NCBI GenBank assembly: GCA_964016885.1
Contig: OZ024743.1
Coordinates: 95,480,001-95,544,000 of the forward strand
Direction: 5' to 3'
Origin: Eledone cirrhosa
Taxonomy: Eukaryota
DNA: 64,000 nt
Within the stretch, counting starts at the first letter, position 1; every line of letters starts with the position of its first letter. Positions 35,101 to 49,227 of this stretch are shown piece after piece. The position numbers were made by a program, and so were the translations under genes. The notes beneath the pieces are model-generated. The model saw nothing but the letters and a program-made list of their open reading frames with translations, was not told the origin of the DNA and searched no databases.

Positions 35101-38100
35101 CCTGTCTTCTATTCCTACACTCTCTTATACACCTATTCCCTGGCTTCTATTCCTACAATCTCTTACTACCCTATTCCCTGTCTTCTATTCCTACAATTTC
35201 TTATACCCCTATTCCCTGTCTTCTATTCCTACAATCTCTTATACCCCTATTCCCTGTCTTCTATTCCTACAATCTCTTATACCCCCATTCTCTGTCTTCT
35301 ATTCCTACAATCTCTTATTACCCTATTCTCCGTCTCCTATTCCTATAATATCTAATATCCCTATTCTCTGTCTTCTATTCATACAATCTCTTATAACCCT
35401 ATTCCCCGTCTTCTATTCCTACAATCTCTTATACCCCTATTCTCTGTCTTCTATTCCTACAATCTCTTATTACCCTATTCCCCGTCTTCTATTCCTATAA
35501 TCTCTTATAACCCTATTCCCTGTCTTCTATTCCTACAATCTCTTATACCCTTATTCCGTCTTCTATTCCTACAATCTCTTATAGCCTTATTCCCTGTCTT
35601 CTTTTCCTACAATCTCTTATACCCTTATTCCCTGTCTTCTATTCCTACAAACACTTATACCCCTATTTCCTGTCTTCTATTCCTACAATCTCTTATAGCC
35701 CTATTCCATGTCTTCTATTACTACAATCTCTTATAACCATATTCCCTGTCTTCTATTCCTACACTCTCTTATACGCCTATTCCCTGTCTACTATTTCTAG
35801 AATTTCTTATTACCCTATTCCCTGACTTCTATTCCTACAATTTCTTATACCCCTATTCCCTGTCTTCTATTCCTACAATTTCTTATACCCCTGTTCCCGG
35901 TCTTCTATTCCTATAATCTCTTATAACCCTATTCCCCGTCTTCTATTCCTACAAACCCTTATACCCATATTCCCTGTCTTCTATTCCAATAATCCCTTAT
36001 AACCCTATTCCCTGTCTTCTATTCCTACAATCTCTTATACCCCTATTCTCTGTCTTCTATTCCTACAATCTCTTATTACCCTATTCTCCGTCTTCTATTC
36101 CTATAATACTAATATCCCTATTCTTTGTCTTCTATTCATACAATCTCTTATGACCCTATTTCCCGTCTTCTATTCCTACAATCTCTTATAGCCCAATTCT
36201 CTGTCTTCTATTCCTACAATCTCTTATTACCCTATTCCCCGTCTTCTATTCCTACAATCTCTTATAACCCTATTCCCTGACTTCTATTCCTACAATCTCT
36301 TATAACCCTATTCCCTGTCTTCTATTCCGACAATCTCTTATACCCCTATTCCCTGTCATCTATTCCTACAATCTCTTATAACCCTATTCCCCGTTTTCTA
36401 ATTCTACAATCTCTTATACCCCTATTCACTGTCTTGTATTCTTACAATCTGATATACCCCTATTCCGTGACTTCTATTCCAACAATCTCTTATGCCCCTA
36501 TTCTCTGTCTTCTATTCCTACAATCTCTTATACCCTTATTCCGTCTTCTATTCCTACAATCTTTTATAGCCTTATTCCCTGTCTTCTATTCCTACAATCT
36601 CTTATATCCCTATTCCCTGAATTTTATTCTTACAATCTCTTATACCCTATTCCCTGTCTTCTAGTCCTACAATCTCTTATACCCCTATTATCTGTCTTCT
36701 ATTACTACAATCTCGTATAGCCCTATTCTCTGACGTCTATTCCTAAAATCTCTTATACCCCTATTCCCTGTCTTCTATTCCTACAATCTCTTATACCCCT
36801 ATTCTCTGTCTTCTATTCCTACAATCTCTTATAACCCTATTCCATGTCTTCTATTCCTCCAATCTCTTATACCCCTATTCCCTCTCTTATATTCCTACAA
36901 TCTCTTATACCCCTATTTCCTGTCTTCTATTCCTACAATCTCTTATAACCCTATTGCCTGTCTTCTATTCCTACAATCTCTTATACCCCTATTCCCTCTC
37001 TTCTATTCCTACAATCTCTTGTAACCCTATTCCCTGTCTTCTATTCCTACAATCACTTATAACCCTACTCCCTGTCTTCTATTCCTACAATCTCTTATAC
37101 CCCTATTCCCTGTCTTCTATTCCTACAATCTCTTATAACCCTATTCCCTGTCTTCTATTCCTACAATACTTATACCCCTATTCCCTGTCTTCTATTCCTA
37201 CAATCTCTTATACCCCTATTTCCTGTCTTCTACTCCTACAATCTCTTATAGCCCTATTCCATGTCTTCTATTACTACAATATCTTATAACCCTATTCCCT
37301 GTCTTCTATTCCAACCCTCTCTTAAACACCTATTCCCTGGCTTCTATTCCTACAATCTCTTACTACCCTATTCCCTGTCTTCTATTCCTACAATTTCTTA
37401 TACCCCTATTCCCTGTCTTCTGTTCCTACAATCTCTTATACCCCTATTCCCTGTCTTCAATTCCTACAATCTCTTATAACCCTATTCCCCGTCTTCTATT
37501 CCTACAAACTCTTATACCCATATTCCCTGTCTTCTATTGCTATAATCCCTTATAACCCTATTCCCTGTCTTCTATTCCTACAATCTCTTATACCCCCATT
37601 CTCTGTCTTCTATTCCTACAATCTCTTATTACCCTATTCTCCGTCAACTATTCCTATAATATCTAATATCCCTATTCTCTGTCTTCTATTCATACAATCT
37701 CTTATAACCCTATTCCCCATCTTCTAATCCTACAATCTCTTATACCCCTATTCTCTGTCTTCTATTCCTAAAATCTCTTATTACCCTATTCCCCGTCTTC
37801 TATTCCTACAATCTCTTATAACCCTATTCCCTGTCTTCTATTCCTACAATCTCTTGTACCCCTATTCCCTGTCTTCTCCTCCTACAATCTCTTATAACCC
37901 TATTCCCTGGTTTCTATTCCTACAATCTCTTATAACCCTATTCCCTGTCTTCTATTCCTACAATCTCTTATAACCCTATTCCTTGTCTTCTATTCCTACA
38001 ATCTCTTATAACCCTAAACCCTGTCTTCTATTGCTACAATCTCTTATACCCCTATTACCTGTCTTCTATTCCTACAATCACTTATACCCCTATTCCCTGT

Positions 38101-41100
38101 CTTCTATTCCTACAATCTCTTTTTACCCTATTCCCTGACTTCTATTGCTACAATCAAGTATAACGCTATTCCCTGTCTTCTATTCCTACATTCTCTTATT
38201 ACCCTATTCTCCGTCTTCTATTCATACAATATCTTATACCCCTATTCCCTGTCTTCTATTCCTACAATCTCTTATACCCCTATTCCCTGTCTTCTCATCT
38301 TACAATCTCGTATAACTGTATTCCCTGTCTTCTATTCCTACAATCTCTTATACCCCTATTCCCTGTCTTATATTCCTACAATCTCTTATACCCCTATTAC
38401 CTGTCTTCTATTCCTACAATCTCTTATAACCCTATTCCCTGTCTTCTATTCCTACAATCTCTTATACCCCTATTCCATCTCTTCTATTCCTATAATCTCT
38501 TATACCCCTATTCCCTGTCTTCTATTCCTACAAACACTTATAACCCTATTCCCTGTCTTCTATTCCTACAATAATTATACCCCTATTCCCTGTCTTCTAT
38601 TCCTGCAATCTCTTATACCCCTATTCCCTGTCTTCTATTTCTACAATCTCTTATACCCCTATTTCCTGTCTTCTATTCCTACAATCTCTTATACCCCTAT
38701 TCCCTGTCTTCTATTCCTACACTCTCTTATACACCTATTCCCTGGCTTCTATTCCTACAATCTCTTATTACCCTATTCCCTGTCTTCTATTCCTACAATC
38801 TCTCATACCCCTATTCCCTGTCTTCAATTCCTACAATCTCTTATAACCCTATTCCCCGTCTTCTATTCCTACAAACCCTTATACCCATATTCCCTCTCTT
38901 ATATTCCTATAATCCCTTATAACCCTATTCCCTGTCTTCTATTCCTACAATCTCTTATACCCCTATTCTCTGTCTTCTATTCCTACAATCTCTTATTACC
39001 CTATTCTCCGTCTCGTATTCCTATAATATCTAATATCCCTATTCTCTGTCTTCTATTCATACAATCTCTTATAACCCTATTCCCCGTCTTCTATTCCTAC
39101 AATCTCTTATACCCCTATTCTCTGTCTTCTATTCCTATAATCTTTTATTACCCTATTCCCCGTCTTCTATTCCTACAATCTCTTAGAACCCTATTCCCTG
39201 ACTTCTATTCCTACAATCTCTTATAACACTATTCCCTGTCTTCTATTCCTACAATCTCTTATAACCCTATTCCCTGTCTTCTATTCCTACAATCTCTGTG
39301 CCCCTATTCCCTGTCTTCTCTTCCTACAATCTCTTATAACCCTATTCCCTGTTTTCTATTCCTACAATCTCTTATAACCCTATTCCCTGTCTTCTATTCC
39401 TACAATCTCTTATAACCCTATTCCTTGTCTTCTATTCCTACAATCTCTTATAACCCTAACCCCTCTCTTCTATTGCTACAATCTCTTATACCCCTATTTC
39501 CTGTCTTCTATTCCTTCAATCACTTATACCCCTATTCCCTGTCTTCTATTCCTACAATCTCTTTTTACCCTATTCCCTGTCTTCTATTGCTACAATCAAA
39601 TATAACCCTGTTCCCTGTCTTCTATTCCTACATTCTCTTATTACCCTATTCTCCGTCTTCTATTCCTACAATAACTTATACCCCTATTCCCTGTCTTCTA
39701 TTCCTACAATCTCTTATACCCTTATTCCCTGTCTTGTATTCTTACAATCTCGTCAACCTCTATTTCCTGTCTTCTATTCCTACAATCTCTTATAACACTA
39801 TTCACGGTCTTCTATTCCTACAATCTCTTATACCCCTATTCCCCGTCTTGTATTCTTACAATCTCTTATACCCCTATTCCGTGTCTTCTATTCCTACAAT
39901 CTCTTATGCCCCTATTCTCTGTCTTCTATTCCTACAATATCTTATACCCTTATTCCGTCTTCTATCCTACAATCTCTTATACCCTTATTCCCTGTCTTCT
40001 ATTCCTACAATCTCTTATACCCCTATTCCCTGTCTTCTATTCCTACAAACACTTATAACCCTATTCCCTGTCTTCTATTCCTACAATCTCTTATACCCCT
40101 ATTTCCTGTCTTCTATTCCTACAATCTCTTATAGCCCTATTCCATGTCTTCTATTACTACAATCTCTTATAACCCTATTCCCTGTCTTCTATTCCTACAC
40201 TCTCTTATACGCCTATTCCCTGTCTTCTATTCCTACAATTTCTTATTACCCTATTCCCTGTTTTCTACTCCTACAATTTCTTATACCCCTTTTCCCTGTC
40301 TTCTATTTCTACAATCTCTTATTCCTCTATTCTCTGTCTTCTATTCCTACAATCTCTAATACCCTTATTCCGTCTTCTATTCCTACAATCTCTTATAGCC
40401 TTATTCCCTGTCTTCTATTCCTACAATCTCTTATACCCCTATTCCCTCTCTTCTATTCCTAAAATCTCCTATACCCCTATTCCCTGTCTTCTATTCCTAC
40501 AAACACTTATAACCCTATTCCCTGTCTTATATTCCTACAATCTCTTATACCCCTATTCCCTGTCTTCTATTCTTACAATCTCTTATACCCCTATTCCCTG
40601 TCTTCTATTCCTACAATCTCTTATGCCTCTATTCCCTGTCTTCTATTCCTAGAATCTCTTATACCCCTATTTTCTGTCTTCTATTCCTACAATCTCTTAT
40701 AGACCTATTCCATGTCTTCTATTCCTACAATCTCTTATACCCCTATTCCCTGTCTTCAATTCCTACAATCTCTTATAACCCTATTCCCCGTCTTCTATTC
40801 CTACAAACCCTTTTACCCATATTCCCTGTCTTCTATTCCTATAATCCCTTATAACCCTATTCCCTGTCTTCTATTTCTACAATCTCTTATACCCCTATTC
40901 TCTGTCTTCTATTCCTCCAATCTCTTCTTACCCTATTCTCCGTCTTCTCTTCCTATAATACTAATATCCCTATTCTCTGTCTTCTATTCATACAATCTCT
41001 TATAACCCTATTTCCCGTCTTCTATTCCTACAATCTCTTATACCCCTATTCTCTGCCTTCTATTCCTACAATCTCTTATTACCCTATTCCCAGTCTTCTA

Positions 41101-41549
41101 TTTCTCCAATCTCTTATAACCCTATTCCCTGACTTCTATTCCTACAATCTCTTATAACTCTATTCCCTGTCTTCTATTCCTACAATCTCTTATACCCCTA
41201 TTCCCTGTCTTCTATTCCTACAATCTCTGATAACCCTATTCCCCGTTTTCTATTCCTACAATCTCTTATACCCCTATTCACTGTCTTGTATTCTTACAAT
41301 CACTTATACCACTATTCCGTGTCTTCTATTCCTACAATCTCTTATGCCCTATTCTCTGTCTTCTATTCCTATAATCTCTTATACCTTATTCCGTCTTCTA
41401 TTCCTACAATCAAATATAACCCTATTCCCTGTCTTCTATTCCTACATTCTCTTATTACCCTATTCTCCGTCTTCTATTCCTACAATAACTTATGCCCCTA
41501 TTCCCTGTCTTCTAGTCCTACAATCTCTTATACCCCTAATATCTATCTT

Positions 41550-41671
41550 ATATCTTATTTTATTTTTATATTTTGTTATTGCCTCCTCCTTATTGAGGAC
41601 GCCTTTTTGTGTAAACTCCCCCCTTTGTACTTGTCCCACTTTTGATGCCCTAGTGGCAAATAAAAGAAACT
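41550..41671 (+). mobile_element. 122-bp 3' end of the Tx1 family inserted in the satellite, with a 10-bp TSD TATCTATCTT
   Basis: Reverse complement of the B/C 3' UTR end; TATCTATCTT at 41540-41549 and 41672-41681; empty paralogous site at 44473-44482. Confidence 0.95.
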
Positions 41672-44600
41672 TATCTATCTTCTATTGCTACAATCTCGTA
41701 TAGCCCTATTCTCTGACGTCTATTCCTAAAATCTCTTATAACCCTATTCCATGTCTTCTATTCCTCCAATCTCTTATACCCCTATTCCCTGTCTTATATT
41801 CCTACAATCTCTTATACCTCTATTTCCTGTTTTCTATTCCTACAATCTCTTATAACCCTATTCCCTGTCTTCTATTCCTACAATCGCTTATACCCCTATT
41901 TCCTGTCTTCTATTCCTACAATCTCTTATAGCCCTATTCCATGTCTTCTATTACTACAATCTCTTATAACCCTATTCCCTGTCTTCTATTCCTACACTCT
42001 CTTATACACCTATTCCTTGTCTTCTATTCCTACAATCTCTTATTACCCTATTCCCTGTCTTCTATTCCTACAATTTCTTATACCCCTATTCCCTGTCTTC
42101 TATTCTTACAATCTCTTATACCCCTATTCCCTGTCTTCAATTCCTACAATCTCTTATAACCCTATTCCCCGTCTTCTATTCCTACAAACCCTTATACCCA
42201 TATTCCCTGTCTTCTATTCCTATAATCCCTTATAACCCTATTCCCTGTCTTCTATTCCTACAATCTCTTATACCCCTATTCTCTGTCTTCTATTCCTACA
42301 ATCTCTTATTACCCTATTCTCCGTCTTCTATTCCTATAATATCTAATATCCCTATTCTCTGTCTTCTATTCATACAATCTCTTATAACCCTATTTCCCGT
42401 CTCCTATTCCTACAATCTCTTATACCCCTATTCTCTGTCTTCTATTCCTACAATCTCTTATAACCCTAACCCCTGTCTTCTATTGCTACAATCTCTTATA
42501 CCCCTATTTCCTGTCTTCTATTCCTTCAATCACTTATACCCCTATTCCCTGTCTTCTATTCCTACAATCTCTTTTTACCCTATTCCCTGTCTTCTATTGC
42601 TACAATCAAATATAACCCTATTCCCTGTCTTCTATTCCTACATTCTCTTATTACCCTATTCTCCGTCTTCTATTCCTACAATAACTTATGCCCCTATTCC
42701 CTGTCTTCTATTCCTACAATCTCTTATACCCTTATTCCCTGTCTTGTATTCTTACAATCTCGTCAACCTCTATTTCCTGTCTTCTATTCCTACAATCTCT
42801 TATAACACTATTCACGGTCTTCTATTCCTACAATCTCTTATACCCCTATTCCCCGTCTTGTATTCTTACAATCTCTTATACCCCTATTCCGTGTCTTCTA
42901 TTCCTACAATCTCTTATGCCCCTATTCTCTGTCTTCTATTCCTACAATATCTTATACCCTTATTCCGTCTTCTATCCTACAATCTCTTATACCCTTATTC
43001 CCTGTCTTCTATTCCTACAATCTCTTATTCCCCTATGCCCTGTCTTCTATTCCTACAAACACTTATAACCCTATTCCCTGTCTTCTATTCCTACAATCTC
43101 TTATACCCCTATTTCCTGTCTTCTATTCCTACAATCTCTTATAGCCCTATTCCATGTCTTCTATTACTACAATCTCTTATAACCCTATTCCCTGTCTTCT
43201 ATTCCTACACTCTCTTATACGCCTATTCCCTGTCTTCTATTCCTACAATTTCTTATTACCCTATTCCCTGTCTTCTACTCCTACAATTTCTTATACCCCT
43301 ATTCCCTGTCTTCTATTTCTACAATCTCTTATACCTCTATTCTCTGTTTTCTATTCCTACAATCTCTAATACCCTTATTCCGTCTTCTATTCCTACAATC
43401 TCTTATAGCCTTATTCCCTGTCTTCTATTCCTACAATCACTTATACCCCTATTCCCTCTCTTCTATTCCTAAAATCTCCTATACCCCTATTCCCTGTCTT
43501 CTATTCCTACAAACACTTATAACCCTATTCCCTGTCTTATATTCCTACAATCTCTTATACCCCTATTCCCTGTCTTCTATTCTTACAATCTCTTATACCC
43601 CTATTCCCTGTCTTCTATTCCTACAATCTCTTATGCCTCTATTCCCTGTCTTCTATTCCTAGAATCTCTTATACCCCTATTTCCTGTCTTCTATTCCTAC
43701 AATCTCTTATAGACCTATTCCATGTCTTCTATTCCTACAATCTCTTATACCCCTATTCCCTGTCTTCAATTCCTACAATCTCTTATAACCCTATTCCCCG
43801 TCTTCTATTCCTACAAACCCTTTTACCCATATTCCCTGTCTTCTATTCCTATAATCCCTTATAACCCTATTCCCTGTCTTCTATTTCTACAATCTCTTAT
43901 ACCCCTATTCTCTGTCTTCTATTCCTCCAATCTCTTATTACCCTATTCTCCGTCTTCTCTTCCTATAATACTAATATCCCTATTCTCTGTCTTCTATTCC
44001 TACAATCTCTTATACCCCTATTCTCTGTCTTCTATTCCTACAATCTCTTATTACCCTATTCCCAGTCTTCTATTCCTACAATCTCTTATAACTCTATTCC
44101 CTGTCTTCTATTCCTACAATCTCTTATACCCCTATTCCCTGTCTTCTATTCCTACAATCTCTTATAACCCTATTCCCCGTTTTCTATTCCTACAATCTCT
44201 TATACCCCTATTCACTGTCTTGTATTCTTACAATCACTTATACCACTATTCCGTGTCTTCTATTCCTACAATCTCTTATGCCCTATTCTCTGTCTTCTAT
44301 TCCTATAATCTCTTATACCTTATTCCGTCTTCTATTCCTACAATCTCTTATAGCCTTATTTCCTGTCTTCTATTCCTACAATCTCTTATACCCCTATTCC
44401 CTGAATTGTATTATTACAATCTCTTATACCCTATTCCCTGTCTTCTAGTCCTACAATCTCTTATACCCCTAATATCTATCTTCTATTGCTACAATCTCGT
44501 ATAGCCCTATTCTCTGACGTCTATTCCTAAAATCTCTTATAACCCTATTCCATGTCTTCTATTCCTCCAATCTCTTATACCCCTATTCCCTGTCTTATAT

Positions 44601-47339
44601 TCCTACAATCTCTTATACCTCTATTTCCTGTTTTCTATTCCTACAATCTCTTATAACCCTATTCCCTGTCTTCTATTCCTACAATCGCTTATACCCCTAT
44701 TTCCTGTCTTCTATTCCTACAATCTCTTATAGCCCTATTCCATGTCTTCTATTACTACAATCTCTTATAACCCTATTCCCTGTCTTCTATTCCTACAATT
44801 TCTTATACCCCTATTCCCTGTCTTCTATTCCTACAATCTCTTATTACCCCTATTCCCTGTCTTCAATTCCTACAATCTCTTATAACCCTATTCCCCGTCT
44901 TCTATTCCTACAAACCCTTATACCCATATTCCCTGTCTTCTATTCCTATAATCCCTTATAACCCTATTCCCTGTCTTCTATTCCTACAATCTCTTATACC
45001 CCTATTCTCTGTCTTCTATTCCTACAATCTCTTATTACCCTATTCTCCGTCTTCTATTCCTATAATATCTAATATCCCTATTCTCTGTCTTCTATTCATA
45101 CAATCTCTTATAACCCTATTCCCCATCTTCTATTCCTACAATCTCTTATACCGCTATTCTCTGTCTTCTATTCCTACAATCTCTTATTACCCATTCCCAG
45201 TCTTCTATTCCTACAATCTCTTATAACCCTATTCCCTGACTTCTATTCCTACAATCTCTTATAACACTATTCCCTGTCTTCTATTCCTACAATCTCTTAT
45301 AACCCTATTCCCTGTCTTCTATTCCTACAATCTCTTGTACCCCTATTCCCTGTCCTCTCTTCCTACAATCTCTTATAACCCTATTCCCTGTCTTCTATTC
45401 CTACAATCTCTTATACCCCTATTCCCTGTCTTATATTCCTACAATCTCTTATAACTCTATTCCCTGTCTTCTATTCCTACAATCTCTTATAACCCTATTC
45501 CTTGTCTTCTATTCCTACAATCTCTTATAACCCTATCCCCTGTCTACTATTGATACAATCTCTTATACCCCTATTTCCTGTCTTCTATTCCTACAATCAC
45601 TTATACCTCTATTCCCTGTCTTTTATTCCTACAATCTCTTATAATCCTATTCCCTGTCTTCTATTGCTACAATCTCTTATAACCTTATTCCTGTCTTCTA
45701 TTCCTACAATTTCTTATACCCCTATTCCCTGTCTTCTATTCTTACAATCTCTTATACCCCTATTCCCTGTCTTCAATTCCTACAATCTCTTATAACCCTA
45801 TTCCCCGTCTTCTATTCCTACAAACCCTTATACCCATATTCCCTGTCTTCTATTCCTATAATCCCTTATAACCCTATTCCCTGTCTTCTATTCCTACAAT
45901 CTCTTATACCCCTATTCTCTGTCTTCTATTCCTACAATCTCTTATTACCCTATTCTCCGTCTTCTATTCCTATAATATCTAATATCCCTATTCTCTGTCT
46001 TCTATTCATACAATCTCTTATAACCCTATTCCCCATCTTCTATTCCTACAATCTCTTATACCGCTATTCTCTGTCTTCTATTCCTACAATCTCTTATTAC
46101 CCATTCCCAGTCTTCTATTCCTACAATCTCTTATAACCCTATTCCCTGACTTCTATTCCTACAATCTCTTATAACACTATTCCCTGTCTTCTATTCCTAC
46201 AATCTCTTATAACCCTATTCCCTGTCTTCTATTCCTACAATCTCTTGTACCCCTATTCCCTGTCCTCTCTTCCTACAATCTCTTATAACCCTATTCCCTG
46301 TCTTCTATTCCTCCAATCTCTTATACCCCTATTCCCTGTCTTATATTCCTACAATCTCTTATAACTCTATTCCCTGTCTTCTATTCCTACAATCTCTTAT
46401 AACCCTATTCCTTGTCTTCTATTCCTACAATCTCTTATAACCCTATCCCCTGTCTACTATTGCTACAATCTCTTATACCCCTATTTCCTGTCTTCTATTC
46501 CTACAATCACTTATACCCCTATTCCCTGTCTTTTATTCCTACAATCTCTTATAATCCTATTCCCTGTCTTCTATTGCTACAATCTCTTATAACCTTATTC
46601 CTGTCTTCTATTCCTAGAATCTCTTATACCCCTATTCTCTGTCTTCTATACCTACAATCTCTTGTACCCCTATTCCCTGTCTTCTCTTCCTACAATCTAT
46701 TATTAACCTATTACCCGTCTTCTATTCCTACAATCTCTTATTACCCTATTCTCCGTCTTCTATTCCTACAATATCTCATACCCTATTCCCTATCTTCTAT
46801 TCCTACAATCTCTAATAACCTTATTCCCCGTCTTCTATTCCTACAATCTCTTATAACCCTATTCCCTGACTTCTATTCCTACAATCTATTATTAACCTAT
46901 TCCCCGTCTTCTATTCCTACAATCTCTTATTACCCTATTCTCCGTCTTCTATTCCTACAATATCTCATACCCTATTCCCTATCTTCTATTCCTACAATCT
47001 CTAATAACCTTATTCCCCGTCTTCTATTCCTACAATCTCTTATAACCCTATTCCCTGTCTTCTATTCCTACGATCTCTTATAACCCTATTCCCTGTCTTC
47101 TATTCCTACAATCTCTTGTACCCCTATTCCCTGTCTTCTCTTCCTACAATCTCTTATAACCCTATTCCCTGTCTTCTATTCCTACAATCTCTTATACCCC
47201 TATTCTCTGTCTTCTATACCTACAATCTCTTGTACCCCTATTCCCTGTCTTCTCTTCCTACAATATCTTATAACCCTATTCCCTGTTTTCTATTCCTACA
47301 ATCTCTTATAACCCTATTCCCTGTCTTCTATTCCTACAA

Positions 47340-48287
47340 TCTATATATATAAAACTGTGGTTGTCTGTCTGTCTATCGATTTTTGGCACACATCTCCTCT
47401 TAGAATCTCTGACGGAATTGCACCGAAATTGCTATACTTGTACATTGCGTCCTAGCGAAGACATCGGAAAAAAAATATTTCAAATTGACCCACCCTATGT
47501 GACGAAATCGAATATAATGTATCGATTTTTGAGCGTAAGTTATCAGTTATTTCCCTTTGTTCTGTTTACATTGAGCGTCTTACGTAAAGAATTACGCTGG
47601 CTTTCTCAGCGTTTAAAATGACATTAACACAATACACGAACAGTTGTCGAGCCAGCAAAATATTGACCTGCAAAATTCATCAGTTCGAACACTAAGCTTC
47701 CGTTTGGCTTCATTTCCATTTAAAAGCATTTTAAAACAATATTTTTACTTGAAAACAAGTCTATTTAAAGACTACGTAAAACAAGCAAATATTTCGTCGT
47801 TAGGCGTGCAGACAGACAGTCGTGCAGACAGACAGTCGTGCAGAGAGCTGATATACGCGTGCAGACAGACAGTCGTGCCGAGAGGTGATATAGGCGTGCA
47901 GACAGACAGTCGTGCAGAGAGGTGATATAGGCGTGCAGACAGACAGTCGTGCAGAGAGGTGATATAGGCGTGCAGACAGACATAACTGATAATTTGGTTA
48001 CGCTAATGTTTTTCTCTGCGTTGCAGTGTTTACATTTTCGATCTTTGTTAATAAATAACCAGTGCAGTTTCTATCCCCAGCATCCTCTTTTGTTATAACA
48101 TTCGGGTTAACGTTATGTTTTCTTAACTTCATAATGCATATTGTTGGTTGAGGGAATATTAATCAAAAACACCACATGCAAGTCTGCACAGTAGACACTA
48201 CAGTTTTTAAGCCAAGAAAGAAACTTAACATTGTAACTTTAACACAGCTACTGAGCGACCCCGAGCAACGCCGGGCTTTACTGCTAG
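47340..48287 (+). mobile_element. Non-autonomous Helitron, copy 2 (948 bp)
   Basis: Same TC...hairpin-CTAG termini, A^T target and no TSD; near-identical to copy 1 apart from SNPs and small indels. Confidence 0.92.
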
Positions 48288-49029
48288 TCTCTTATAACCC
48301 TATTCCCTGTCTTCTATTCCTACAATCTCTTGTACCCCTATTCCCTGTCTTTTCTTCCTACAATCTCTTATACCCCTATTCCCTGTCTTCTATACCTACA
48401 ATCTCTTATACCCCTATTCCCTGTCTTCTATTCCTACAATCTCTTATACCCCTATTCCCTGTCTTCTATTCCTACAATCTCTTATAACACTATTCCCTGT
48501 CTTCTATTCCTACAATCTCTTATACCCCTATTTCCTGTCTTCTATTCCTACAATCTCTTATACCTCTATTCCCTGTCTTCTATTCCTACAATCTCTTATA
48601 CCCCTATTCCCTCTCTTCTATTCCTACAATCTCTTATAACACTATTCCCTGTCTTCTATTCCTACAATCTCTTATACCCCTATTCCCTGTCTTCTATTCC
48701 TACAATCTCTTATAACCCTATTCCCTGTCTTCTATTCCTACAATCTCTTATACCCCTATTCCCTGTCTTCTATTCCTACAATCTCTTATAACCCTATTCC
48801 CTGTCTTCTATTCCTACAATCTCTTATAACCCTATTCCCTGTCTTCTATTCCTACAATCTCTTATACCCCTATTCCCTGTCTTCTATTCCTACCCCCTGT
48901 TCTATCTCTATGTCTATAATATGCTAAATTGTGTTCTATAAAGAAAAATATAAAATGAACCCTCGCCCTATCCACGGAGGCTCTCTCACAGCTGGAGCTC
49001 AACCCGTTTAATTACTGGTAAGCGACTGG

Positions 49030-49222
49030 GAGTACAAGACTACCCACTGGATACAAAGTCATCGCAAGTATAACCCTGGCTACTGTTGCTCCTCGGTTGA
49101 GTTTCTGGAGCAGAGTGAAATGGTGCCTTTTGCTGAAGAACATAAGGTACCACCCGGTCTAGGAAACGAACCCATGACATTATGATAGTAAGCCCAACAC
49201 CCAAACCACTGTCACATACCTT
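49030..49222 (-). mobile_element. Degenerate tRNA-derived SINE (head + central domain)
   Basis: Minus strand A-box-like GTGACAGTGGTTTGG, B-box-like GGGTTCGTTTCC, then TGTTCTTCAGCAAAAGGCACCATTTCAC, similar to the 52153-52453 copy. Confidence 0.65.
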
Positions 49223-49227
49223 CAATA

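Larger units (their letters stand above)
14401..48893. repeat. 38-bp satellite array, consensus TACCCCTATTCCCTGTCTTCTATTCCTACAATCTCTTA, roughly 850 monomers
   Basis: Tandem monomer read directly throughout in one orientation; three insertions; copy number estimated from length divided by 38. Confidence 0.99.

Noticed and set aside
14463-48791. Dozens of plus-strand ORFs up to 345 aa (YSYNLLYPYSLSSIPTISY...)
   Set aside because: They are translations of the 38-bp satellite, which lacks stops in its common variant; all three frames give the same peptide.
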